Source of the DNA: Eledone cirrhosa
Taxonomy: Eukaryota
Length of the DNA stretch: 64,000 nt
Reading direction: 5' to 3'
Assembly (NCBI GenBank): GCA_964016885.1
Contig: OZ024743.1
Location: 316,014,001 to 316,078,000 of the forward strand
Position 1 is the first letter of the stretch. The number at the start of each line of letters is the position of its first letter. This document shows positions 1 through 11,327 of this stretch, one piece after another. The notes beneath the pieces are model-generated. The model had not been told where the DNA came from, made no database searches, and was given only the letters and a program-made list of their open reading frames with translations. A program made the translations under genes and the position numbers.

Positions 1-27
1 GGCCAGCAATTATCCTAGTCCTAAGAA

Positions 28-170
28 TAGAGTTACGTCCCTTTAGAGTCTGAGTTTAAATCCCGCCGAGGTCAACTTTGCCTTTCACCCTTACGGCGAC
101 GATAAAATAAAGTACCAGTAATGCACTGAATTAATTGATGGCCTTGTTCCAAAAGTAGAAATAATTATTG
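28..170 (+). mobile_element. tRNA-derived SINE fragment (degenerate B box, body, 3' tail); one per unit, first copy shown
   Basis: GAGTTTAAATCCCGCCGAGGTCAACTTTGCCTTTCACCC...GATAAAATAAAGTACCAGT...GGCCTTGTTCCAAAAGTAGAAA is the reverse complement of the SINE copies at 60,493-60,903. It resembles an abundant octopus SINE (recalled, not searched). Confidence 0.8.
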
Positions 171-205
171 TATTAATAGTTTATATGACAGCCCCAGATA
201 CGTCT

Positions 206-279
206 GACCGGTTAGCTCAGTTGGTTAGAGCGTCGTGCTAATAACGCGAATGTCGTGGGTTCGAGCCCCATATTGGCCA
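206..279 (+). tRNA. trnI: tRNA-Ile(AAT), G2A variant
   Basis: 74-nt cloverleaf with anticodon arm TCGTG-CT AAT AA-CGCGA; A207 mismatches C71. Confidence 0.8.
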
Positions 280-287
280 TATTACGA

Positions 288-310
288 TTTGTTTTTTTTT
301 TTGTTTTTTT
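288..310 (+). terminator. Pol III oligo-T terminator downstream of tRNA-Ile (every unit, length-polymorphic)
   Basis: Long T runs begin ~10 nt after the discriminator base. Confidence 0.85.
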
Positions 311-439
311 CTATTAGGCTTTTAAACCTTTACCTTTTTAACTCAGTGAAGTATTTCAAGATAAAAATAATTTTGTTTTGATTTTTTTGAACATATAAGA
401 ATTTTTCTTGTTAAAATTTTCTTTTTAAATTTCATTATA

Positions 440-1085
440 TAAATCGTCGAAGTATTGGCACGAAGGGTATTCTTGTTTCGTGAACCTTGAAATAGCATAT
501 GGCTGCGTTCCACGGCCCCTGATGTTGCAGGTTCAGCAGGAGTTGGCGTTTATGTTCAGTTTCTTAATACCCTGAAGTCTTTAAACGAAAGTCCTAGTGT
601 TTGTGTTCGGATTAATGTTGTTAGTTAAAAACCATTCAATGTAGGTGTCTGACTCAGTTAAATGTGTACTTTCACCTCTCCAGTTCAATGTCTTCGTGGA
701 CAGCATTGACATTTATGACCGGGCTGGAAATGGTGACCGGATCAATTGGCTAAATTCGTCAGGCGGTGAACTCCGACATGCTCTTGATAGGTTTGCTGCC
801 GAGTGTTGCACGGCAGGAATGAAAATAAGTACTGCGAAGACTCAGATACTCCTCTTCTCAATGATATCTGCTCTGTGCACTCTATATGTGCATGAATTTT
901 CACTGAAGCAGAAGGTTGGATTATATGCACGTATTGTTAGAGCTGGTGCAATGATGCGCCAGCTTCAGCATTCGGTCTGAAGAAGGGACGTAGGTGTAAA
1001 ATCCGAACTCGCTATCTTCAATTCGGTATTCCTACCAGCTCTTACCTATGGCCATGAATCTTTGGTAATGACCAAAATAATATAA
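440..1085 (+). pseudogene. Degenerate RTE-clade (Rex3/Expander-like) LINE reverse transcriptase fragment; one per unit, first copy shown
   Basis: Hand translation gives CFVNLEIAYGCVPR (cf. CFVDLEKAYDRVPR), CVLSPLQFNVFVD (cf. QGCVLSPLLF), LRHALDRFAAECCTAGMKISTAKTE and FLPALTYGHESLVMT (cf. PTLTYGHELWVMT). It has stops and frameshifts, and the FADD motif is missing. Confidence 0.88.
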
Positions 1086-1467
1086 AAATGTGCCTCAAAC
1101 TAACAGATGTTCCTCGAGTCTAATGATCCACACCTAGCAAGCGCCGGCAAACCCGGATCATTTGGCATTTATTAAATTCCACGCATTGACCTGTACTTTG
1201 ACTAAGACCCACCCTACACTCACACTCCCCTGAGAACCCAAATGCAGAGATCACCAGTACACACCCCACTCTCCCACTCCTTACGTAGTGTATCCACCTA
1301 CTACCTACAATGTACCATCAACCAACCACTACACACCTGTGAGTTTCCTTTTACATTCTATACTTCCCATGTGTATAGGTGTAGATAGTCTTACGATCTT
1401 CTCTTCCCTAATTCTTGTATGGGTGTATGGATGTAGCATCTACATATGTGTGTGTGCATGTGTGAGT

Positions 1468-1516
1468 GACATTCGCGTTATTAACACGACGCTCTAACCA
1501 ACTGAGCTAACCGGGC
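1468..1516 (-). pseudogene. Inverted 5' half-copy (49 nt, positions 1-48) of tRNA-Ile(AAT): A box but no T arm or B box; 37 copies
   Basis: GACATTCGCGTTATTAACACGACGCTCTAACCAACTGAGCTAACCGG(C/G)C is the reverse complement of the tRNA 5' part with C32T. Copies start at 1468, 3033, 4615, 6196, 7779, 9357, 10937, 12515, 14094, 15673, 17253, 18832, 20411, 21990, 23570, 25148, 26727, 28305, 29884, 31463, 33042, 34620, 36199, 37777, 39356, 40934, 42512, 44090, 45669, 47247, 48826, 50404, 51982, 53560, 55138, 56717, 58294. Confidence 0.93.
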
Positions 1517-1833
1517 AGTTGGATCTGTTGCTGTCAGAATAAACTATTAATACAATAATTATTTGTACTTTTGGCACAAGGCCAGCAATTATCCTAGTCC
1601 TAAGAATAGAGTTACGTCCCTTTAGAGTCTGAGTTTAAATCCCGGCGAGGTCAACTTTGCCTTTCACCCTTACGGCGACGATAAAATAAAGTACCAGTAA
1701 TGCACTGGATTTATTGATGGCCTTGTTCCAAAAGTAGAAATAATTATTGTATTAATAGTTTATTTGACAGCCCCAGATACGTCTGGCCGGTTAGCTCAGT
1801 TGGTTAGAGCGTCTTGCTAATAACGCGAATGTC
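1468..1833. repeat. Inverted repeat, ~120-130-bp arms with ~105-130-bp spacer, at every unit junction (first shown)
   Basis: The left arm (half-tRNA + ATAAACTATTAATACAATAATTATTT(G/C)TACTTTTGGCACAAGGCCA) is complementary to the right arm (TGGCCTTGTTCCAAAAGTAGAAATAATTATTGTATTAATAGTTTAT + tRNA 1-48). Confidence 0.93.
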
Positions 1834-1858
1834 GTGGGTTCGAACCCCATATTGGCCA
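1785..1858 (+). tRNA. trnI: tRNA-Ile(AAT), G29T and G59A variant
   Basis: Cloverleaf with an anticodon-stem mismatch. Confidence 0.75.
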
Positions 1859-3349
1859 TATTACGGTTTGTTTTTTTTTTGTTTTTTTCTATTTGGCTTT
1901 TTAACTCAGTCAAGTATTTCTAGATAAAAATAATTTTGTTTTGATTTTTTTGAAAATATAAGAATTTTTCTTGTTAAAGTTTTCTTTTTAAATTTCATTA
2001 TATAAATCATCGAAGTATTGGCACGAAGGGTATTCTTGTTTCGTGAACCTTGAAATAGCATATGGCTGCGTTCCACGGCCCCTGATGTTGCAGGTTCAGC
2101 AGGAGTTGGCGTTTATGTTCAGTTTCTTAATACCCTGAAGTCTTTAAACGAAAGTCCTAGTGGTTGTGTTCGGATTAATGTTGTTAGTTAAAAACCATTC
2201 AATGTAGGTGTCTGACTCAGTTAAAAGTGTGTACTCTCACCTCTCCAGTTCAATGTCTTCGTGGACAGCATTGACAATTATGGCCGGGCTGGAAATGGTG
2301 ACCGGATCAATTGGCTAAATTCGTCAGGCGGTGATCTCTGACATGCTCTTGATAGGTTTGCTGCCCAGTGTTGCACGGCAGGAATGAAAATCAGTACTGC
2401 GAAGACTCAGATACTCCTCTTCTCAATGATATCTGCTCTGTGCTCTCTATATGTGCATGAATTTTCACTAAAGCAGAAGGTTGGATTATATGCACGTATT
2501 GTTAGAGCTGGTGCAATAATGCGCCAGCTTCAGCATTCGGTCTGAAGAAGGGAGGTAGGTGTAAAATCCGAACTCGCTATCTTCAATTCGGTATTCCTAC
2601 CAGCTCTTACCTATGGCCATGAATCTTTGGTAATGACCAAAATAATATAAAAATGTGCCTCAAACTAACAGATGTTCCTCGAGTCTAATGATCCACACCT
2701 AGCAAGCGCCGGCAAACCCGGATCATTTGGCATTTATTAAATTCCACGCATTGACCTGTACTTTGACTAAGACCCACCCTACACTCACACTCCCCTGAGA
2801 ACCCAAATGCAGAGATCACCAGTACACACCCCACTCTCCCACTCCTTACGTAGTGTATCCACCTACTACCTACAATGTACCATCAACCAACCACTACACA
2901 CCTGTGAGTTTCCTTTTACATACTATACTTCCCATGTGTATAGGTGTAGATAGTCTTACCATCTTCTCTTCCCTAATTCTTGTATGGGTGTATGGATGTA
3001 GCATCTACATATGTGTGTGTGCATGTGTGAGTGACATTCGCGTTATTAACACGACGCTCTAACCAACTGAGCTAACCGGGCAGTTGGATCTGTTGCTGTC
3101 AGAATAAACTATTAATACAATAATTATTTGTACTTTTGGCACAAGGCCAGCAATTATCCTAGTCCTAAGAATAGAGTTACGTCCCTTTAGAATCTGAGTT
3201 TAAATCCCACCGAGGTCAACTTTGCCTTTCACCCTTACGGCGACGATAAAATAAAGTACCAGTGATGCACTGAAATAATTGATGGCCTTGTTCCAAAAGT
3301 AGAAATAATTATTGTATTAATAGTTTATTAGACAGCCCCAGATACGTCT

Positions 3350-3423
3350 GGCCGGTTAGCTCAGTTGGTTAGAGCGTCGTGCTAATAACGCGAATGTCGT
3401 GGGTTCGAGCCCCATATTGACCA
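3350..3423 (+). tRNA. trnI: tRNA-Ile(AAT), G70A variant
   Basis: Ends ATTGACCA, giving a C3:A70 mismatch. Confidence 0.8.
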
Positions 3424-4932
3424 TATTACGATTTTGTTTTTTTTGTTTTTTTCTATTAGGCTTTTAAACCTTTACCTTTTTAACTCAGTCAAGTATTTCT
3501 AGATAAAAATAATTTTGTTTTGATTTTTTTGAAAATATAAGAATTTTTCTTGTTAAAGTTTTCTTTTTAAATTTCATTATATAAATCGTCGAAGTATTGG
3601 CACGAAGGGTATTCTTGTTTCGTGAACCTTGAAATAGCATATGGCTGCGTTCCACGGCCCCTGATGTTGCAGGTTCAGCAGGAGTTGGCGTTTATGTTCA
3701 GTTTCTTAATACCCTGAAGTCTTTAAACGAAAGTCCTAGTGTTTGTGTTCGGATTAATTAATGTTGTTAGTTAAAAACCATTCAATGTAGGTGTCTGACT
3801 CAGTTAAAAGTGTGTACTTTCACCTCTCCAGTTCAATGTCTTCGTGGACAGCATTGACATTTATGGCCGGGCTGGAAATGGTGACCGGATCAATTGGCTA
3901 AATTCGTCAGGCGGTGATCTCTGACATGCTCTTGATAGGTTTGCTGCCGAGTGTTGCACGGCAGGAATGAAAATCAGTACTGCGAAGACTCAGATACTCC
4001 TCTTCTCAATGATATCTGCTCTGTGCACTCTATATGTGCATGAATTTTCACTAAAGCAGAAGGTTGGATTATATGCACGTATTGTTAGAGCTGGTGCAAT
4101 AATGCGCCAGCTTCAGCATTCGGTCTGAAGAAGGGAGGTAGGTGTAAAATCCGAACTCGCTATCTTCAATTCGGTATTCCTACCAGCTCTTACCTATGGC
4201 CATGAATCTTTGGTAATGACCAAAATAATATAAAAATGTGCCTCAAACTAACAGATGTTCCTCGAGTCTAATGATCCACACCTAGCAAGCGCCGGCAAAC
4301 CCGGATCATTTGGCACTTATTAAACCCACGCATTGACCTGTGCTCTGACTAAGCCACACCCTACACTCACACTCCCCTGGGAACCCAAATGCAGAGATCC
4401 CGAGTTCACACCCCACTCTCCCACTTCTTTCTTAGTGTATCCACCTACTACCTACAATGTACCATCAACCAACCACTACACACCTGTGAGTTTCCTTTTA
4501 CATACTATACTTCCCATGTGTATAGGTGTAGATAGTCTTACCATCTTCTCTTCCCTAATTCTTGTATGGGTGTATGGATGTAGCATCTACATATGTGTGT
4601 GTGCATGTGTGAGTGACATTCGCGTTATTAACACGACGCTCTAACCAACTGAGCTAACCGGCCAGTTGGATCTGTTGCTGTCAGAATAAACTATTAATAC
4701 AATAATTATTTCTACTTTTGGCACAAGGCCAGCAATTATCCTAGTCCTAAGAATAGAGTTACGTCCCTTTAGAGTCTGAGTTTAAATCCCGCCGAGGTCA
4801 ACTTTGCCTTTCACCCTTACGGCGACGATAAAATAAAGTACCAGTGATGCACTGTAATAATTGATGGCCTTGTTCCAAAAGTAGAAATAATTATTGTATT
4901 AATAGTTTATTTTGACAGCGTGACGTGCGTCT

Positions 4933-5006
4933 GGCCGGTTAGCTCAGTTGGTTAGAGCGTCGTGCTAATAACGCGAATGTCGTGGGTTCGAGCCCCATAT
5001 TGGTCA
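4933..5006 (+). tRNA. trnI: tRNA-Ile(AAT), C71T variant
   Basis: Ends ATTGGTCA, giving a G2:U71 wobble. Confidence 0.85.
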
Positions 5007-6512
5007 TATTACGATTTTTTTTTTTTTTTTTTTTTTCTATTAGGCTTTTAAACCTTTACCTTTTTAACTCAGTCAAGTATTTCTAGATAAAAATAATTTT
5101 GTTTTGATTTTTTTGAAAATATAAGAATTTTTCTTGTTAAAGTTTTCTTTTTAAATTTCATTATATAAATCGTCGAAGTATTGGCACGAAGGGTATTCTT
5201 GTTTCGTGAACCTTGAAATAGCATATGGCTGCGTTCCACGGCCCCTGATGTTGCAGGTTCAGCAGGAGTTGGCGTTTATGTTCAGTTTCTTAATACCCTG
5301 AATTCTTTAAACGAAAGTCCTAGTGTTTCTGTTCGGATTAATGTTGTTAGTTAAAAACCATTCAATGTAGGTGTCTGACGCAGTTAAAAGTGTGTACTTT
5401 CACCTCTCCAGTTCAATGTCTTCGTGGACAGCATTGACATTTATGGCCGGGCTGGAAATGGTGACCGGATCAATTGGCTAAATTCGTCAGGCGGTGAACT
5501 CCGACATGCTCTTGATAGGTTTGCTGCCGAGTGTTGCACGGCAGGAATGAAAATAAGTACTGCGAAGACTCAGATACTCCTCTTCTCAATGATATCTGCT
5601 CTGTGCACTCTATATGTGCATGAATTTTCACTGAAGCAGAAGGTTGGATTATATGCACGTATTGTTAGAGCTGGTGCAATAATGCGCCAGCTTCAGCATT
5701 CGGTCTGAAGAAGGGAGGTAGGTGTAAAATCCGAACTCGCTATCTTCAATTCGGTATTCCTACCAGCTCTTACCTATGGCCATGAATCTTTGGTAATGAC
5801 CAAAATAATATAAAAATGTGCCTCAAACTAACAGATGTTCCTCGAGTCTAATGATCCACACCTAGCAAGCGCCGGCAAACCCGGATCATTTGGCATTTAT
5901 TAAATTCCACGCATTGACCTGTACTTTGACTAAGACCCACCCTACACTCACACTCCCCTGGGAACCCAAATGCAGAGATGACGAGTACACACCCCACTCT
6001 CCCACTCCTTACCTAGTGTATCCACCTACTACCTACAATGTACCATCAACCAACCACTACACACCTGTGAGTTTCCTTTTACATACTATACTTCCCATGT
6101 GTATAGGTGTAGATAGTCTTACGATCTTCTCTTCCCTAATTCTTGTATGGGTGTATGGATGTAGCATCTACATATGTGTGTGTGCATGTGTGAGTGACAT
6201 TCGCGTTATTAACACGACGCTCTAACCAACTGAGCTAACCGGCCAGTTGGATCTGTTGCTGTCTAAATAAACTATTAATACAATAAGTATTTCTACTTTT
6301 GGCACAAGGCCAGCAATTATCCTAGTCCTAAGAATAGAGTTACGTCCCTTTAGAGTCTGAGTTTAAATCCCGCCGAGGTCAACTTTGCCTTTCACCCTTA
6401 CGGCGACGATAAAATAAAGTACCAGTAATGCACTGGAATAATTGATGGCCTTGTTCCAAAAGTAGAAATAATTATTGTATTAATAGTTTATTTGACAGCC
6501 CCAGATACGTCT

Positions 6513-6586
6513 GGCCGGTTAGCTCAGTTGGTTAGAGCGTCGTGCTAATAACGCGAATGTCGTGGGTTCGAGCCCCATATTGGCCA
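6513..6586 (+). tRNA. trnI: tRNA-Ile(AAT), array consensus
   Basis: GGCCGGTTAGCTCAGTTGGTTAGAGCGTCGTGCTAATAACGCGAATGTCGTGGGTTCGAGCCCCATATTGGCCA: all four stems pair, A box TAGCTCAGTTGG, B box GGTTCGAGCCC, and the U30:G40 pair typical of eukaryotic Ile(IAU). Confidence 0.95.
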
Positions 6587-8095
6587 TATTACGATTTTGT
6601 TTTTTTTGTTTTTTTCTATTAGGCTTTTAAACCTTTACCTTTTTAACTCAGTCAAGTATTTCTAGATAAAAATAATTTTGTTTTGATTTTTTTGAAAATA
6701 TAAGAATTTTTCTTGTTAAAGTTTTCTTTTTAAATTTCATTATATAAATCGTCGAAGTATTGGCACGAAGGGTATTCTTGTTTCGTGAACCTTGAAATAG
6801 CATATGGCTGCGTTCCACGGCCCCTGATGTTGCAGGTTCAGCAGGAGTTGGCGTTTATGTTCAGTTTCTTAATACCCTGAAGTCTTTAAACGAAAGTCCT
6901 AGTGTTTGTGTTCGGATTAATTAATGTTGTTAGTTAAAAACCATTCAATGTAGGTGTCTGACTCAGTTAAAAGTGTGTACTTTCACCTCTCCAGTTCAAT
7001 GTCTTCGTGGACAGCATTGACATTTATGGCCGGGCTGGAAATGGTGACCGGATCAATTGGCTAAATTCGTCAGGCGGTGATCTCTGACATGCTCTTGATA
7101 GGTTTGCTGCCGAGTGTTGCACGGCAGGAATGAAAATCAGTACTGCGAAGACTCAGATACTCCTCTTCTCAATGATATCTGCTCTGTGCACTCTATATGT
7201 GCATGAATTTTCACTAAAGCAGAAGGTTGGATTATATGCACGTATTGTTAGAGCTGGTGCAATAATGCGCCAGCTTCAGCATTCGGTCTGAAGAAGAGAG
7301 GTAGGTGTAAAATCCGAACTCGCTATCTTCAATTCGGTATTCCTACCAGCTCTTACCTATGGCCATGAATCTTTGGTAATGACCAAAATAATATAAAAAT
7401 GTGCCTCAAACTAACAGATGTTCCTCGAGTCTAATGATCCACACCTAGCAAGCGCCGGCAAACCCGGATCATTTGGCATTTATTAAATCCCACGCATTGA
7501 CCTGTACTTTGACTAAGACCCACCCTACACTCACACTCCCCTGGGAACCCAAATGCAGAGATGACGAGTACACACCCCACTCTCCCACTTCTTCCTTAGT
7601 GTATCCACCTACTACCTACAATGTACCATCAACCAACCACTACACACCTGTGAGTTTCCTTTTACATACTATACTTCCCATGTGTATAGGTGTAGATAAT
7701 CTTACGATCTTCTCTTCCCTAATTCTTGTATGGGTGTATGGATGTAGCATCTACATATGTGTGTGTGCATGTGTGAGTGACATTCGCGTTATTAACACGA
7801 CGCTCTAACCAACTGAGCTAACCGGCCAGTTGGATCTGTTGCTGTCAGAATAAACTATTAATACAATAATTATTTCTACTTTTGGCACAAGGCCAGCAAT
7901 TATCCTAGTCCTAAGAATAGAGTTACGTCCCTTTAGAGTCTGAGTTTAAATCCCGCCGAGGTCAACTTTGCCTTTCACCCTTACGGCGACGATAAAATAA
8001 AGTACCAGTAATGCACTGGATTAATTGATGGCCTTGTTCCAAAAGTAAAAATAATTATTGTATTAATAGTTTATTTGACAGCTCCAGATACGTCT

Positions 8096-8169
8096 GGCCG
8101 GTTAGCTCAGTTGGTTAGAGCGTCATGCTAATAACGCGAATGTCGTGGGTTCGAGCCCCATATTGGCCA
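8096..8169 (+). tRNA. trnI: tRNA-Ile(AAT), G29A variant
   Basis: A8125 gives an A29:C41 mismatch. Confidence 0.8.
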
Positions 8170-9674
8170 TTTTACGATTTTTTTTTTTTTTTTTTTTCTA
8201 TTAGGCTTTTAAACCTTTACCTTTTTAACTCAGTGAAGTATTTCAAGATAAAGATAATTTTGTTTTGATTTTTTTGAACATATAAGAATTTTTCTTGTTA
8301 AAGTTTTCTTTTTAAATTTCATTATATAAATCGTCGAAGTATTGGCACGAAGGGTATTCTTGTTTCGTGAACCTTGAAATAGCATATGGCTGCGTTCCAC
8401 GGCCCCTGATGTTGCAGGTTCAGCAGGAGTTGGCGTTTATGTTCAGTTTCTTAATACCCTGAAGTCTTTAAACGAAAGTCCTAGTGTTTGTGTTCGGATT
8501 AATGTTGTTAGTTAAAAACCATTCAATGTAGGTGTCTGACTCAGTTAAAAGTGTGTACTTTCACCTCTCCAGTTCAATGTCTTCGTGGACAGCATTGACA
8601 TTTATGGCCGGGCTGGAAATGGTGACCGGATCAATTGGCTAAATTCGTCAGGCGGTGATCTCTGACATGCTCTTGATAGGTTTGCTGCCGAGTGTTGCAC
8701 GGCAGGAATGAAAATCAGTACTGCGAAGACTGAGATACTCATCTTCTCAATGATATCTGCTCTGTGCACTCTATATGTGCATGAATTTTCACTAAAGCAG
8801 AAGGTTGGATTATATGCACGTATTGTTAGAGCTGGTGCAATAATGCGCCAGCTTCAGCATTCGGTCTGAAGAAGGGAGGTAGGTGTAAAATCCGAACTCG
8901 CTATCTTCAATTCGGTATTCCTACCAGCTCTTACCTATGGCCATGAATCTTTGGTAATGACCAAAATAATATAAAAATGTGCCTCAAACTAACAGATGTT
9001 CCTCGAGTCTAATGATCCACACCTAGCAAGCGCCGGCAAACCCGGATCATTTGGCATTTATTAAATCCCACGCATTGACCTGTACTGTGACTAAGACCCA
9101 CCCTACACTCACACTCCCCTGGGAACCCAAATGCAGAGATCACGAGTACACACCCCACTCTCCCACTTCTTCCTTAGTGTATCCACCTACTACCTACAAT
9201 GTACCATCAACCAACCACTACACACCTGTGAGTTTCCTTTTACATTCTATACTTCCCATGTGTATAGGTGTAGATAGTCTTACGATCTTCTCTTCCCTAA
9301 TTCTTGTATGGGTGTATGGATGTAGCATCTACATATGTGTGTGTGCATGTGTGAGTGACATTCGCGTTATTAACACGACGCTCTAACCAACTGAGCTAAC
9401 CGGCCAGTTGGATCTGTTGCTGTCAGAATAAACTATTAATACAATAATTATTTGTACTTTTGGCACAAGGCCAGCAATTATCCTAGTCCTAAGAATAGAG
9501 TTACGTCCCTTTAGAGTCTGAGTTTAAACCCCGCCGAGGTCAACTTTGCCTTTCGCCCTTCACGGCGACGATAAAATAAAGTACCAGTAATGCACTGAAA
9601 TAATTGATGGCCTTGTTCCAAAAGTAGAAATAATTATTGTATTAATAGTTTATTTGACAGCCCCAGATACGTCT

Positions 9675-9748
9675 GGCCGGTTAGCTCAGTTGGTTAGAGC
9701 GTCGTGCTAATAACGCGAATGTCGTGGGTTCGAGCCCCATATTGGCCA
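9675..9748 (+). tRNA. trnI: tRNA-Ile(AAT)
   Basis: Consensus copy. Confidence 0.95.
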
Positions 9749-11253
9749 TATTACGGTTTGTTTTTTTTTGTTTTTTTCTATTAGGCTTTTAAACCTTTAC
9801 CTTTTTAACTCAGTCAAGTATTTCTAGATAAAAATAATTTTGTTTTGATTTTTTTGAAAATATAAGAATTTTTCTTGTTAAAGTTTTCTTTTTAAATTTC
9901 ATTATATAAATCGTCGAAGTATTGGCACGAAGGGTATTCTTGTTTCGTGAACCTTGAAATAGCATATGGCTGCGTTCCACGGCCCCTGATGTTGCAGGTT
10001 CAGCAGGAGTTGGCGTTTATGTTCAGTTTCTTAATACCCTGAAGTCTTTAAACGAAAGTCCTAGTGTTTGTGTTCGGATTAATGTTGTTAGTTAAAAACC
10101 ATTCAATGTAGGTGTCTGACTCAGTTAAAAGTGTGTACTCTCACCTCTCCAGTTCAATGTCTTCGTGGACAGCATTGACATTTATGGCCGGGCTGGAAAT
10201 GGTGACCGGATCAATTGGCTAAATTCGTCAGGCGGTGAACTCCGACATGCTCTTGATAGGTTTGCTGCCGAATGCTGCACGGCAGGAATGAAAATCAGTA
10301 CTGCGAAGACTCAGATACTCATCTTCTCAATGATATCTGCTCTGTGCACTCTATATGTGCATGAATTTTCACTGAAGCAGAAGGTTGGATTATATGCACG
10401 TATTGTTAGAGCTGGTGCAATAATGCGCCAGCTTCAGCATTCGGTCTGAAGAAGGGAGGTAGGTGTAAAATCCGAACTCGCTATCTTCAATTCGGTATTC
10501 CTACCAGCTCTTACCTATGGCCATGAATCTTTTGTAATGACCAAAATAATATAAAAATGTGCCTCAAACTAACAGATGTTCCTCGAGTCTAATGATCCAC
10601 ACCTAGCAAGCGTCGGCAAACCCGGATCATTTGGCATTTATTAAATTCCACGCATTGACCTGTACTTTGACTAAGACCCACCCTACACTCACACTCCCCT
10701 GGGAACCCAAATGCAGAGATGACGAGTACACACCCCACTCTCCCACTCCTTACCTAGTGTATCCACCTACTACCTACAATGTACCATCAACCAACCACTA
10801 CACACCTGTGAGTTTCCTTTTACATACTATACTTCCCATGTGTATAGGTGTAGATAGTCTTACGATCTTCTCTTCCCTAATTCTTGTATGGGTGTATGGA
10901 TGTAGCATCTACATATGTGTGTGTGCATGTGTGAGTGACATTCGCGTTATTAACACGACGCTCTAACCAACTGAGCTAACCGGCCAGTTGGATCTGTTGC
11001 TGTCTAAATAAACTATTAATACAATAATTATTTCTACTTTTGGCACAAGGCCAGCAATTATCCTAGTCCTAAGAATAGAGTTACGTCCCTTTAGAGTCTG
11101 AGTTTAAATCCCGCCGAGGTCAACTTTGCCTTTCACCCTTACGGCGACGATAAAATAAAGTACCAGTAATGCACTGGATTAATTGATGGCCTTGTTCCAA
11201 AAGTAGAAATAATTATTGTATTAATAGTTTATTTGACAGCCCCAGATACGTCT

Positions 11254-11327
11254 GGCCGGTTAGCTCAGTTGGTTAGAGCGTCGTGCTAATAACGCGAATG
11301 TCGTGGGTTCGAGCCCCATATTGGCCA
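11254..11327 (+). tRNA. trnI: tRNA-Ile(AAT)
   Basis: Consensus copy. Confidence 0.95.

Noticed and set aside
645-980. 94-111-aa ORF as a functional protein gene
   Set aside because: It is an open stretch of the decayed RTE RT with a GTG start, no catalytic DD motif, and a TGA stop in several units.
1108-1136. Minus-strand GGTGTGGATCATTAGACTCG faintly resembling the 5.8S rRNA 5' end
   Set aside because: Short, mismatched, and no similarity continues beyond it.
1288-1497. Recurrent 69-111-aa ORF ending CVCACVSDIRVINTTL in every unit
   Set aside because: Non-ATG starts, variable frameshifts and stops between units, and a C-terminus read from a TG tract and the antisense half-tRNA; its recurrence only reflects the repeat.
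1468-1516. Half-tRNA as a split, permuted or intron-containing tRNA
   Set aside because: No matching 3' half or B box was seen downstream on the minus strand, and the break is at position 48, not the canonical 37/38 intron site.
1468-1833. Inverted repeat as a MITE or DNA transposon
   Set aside because: The right arm ends in the middle of an intact tRNA and there is no target-site duplication; an inverted duplication explains it better.
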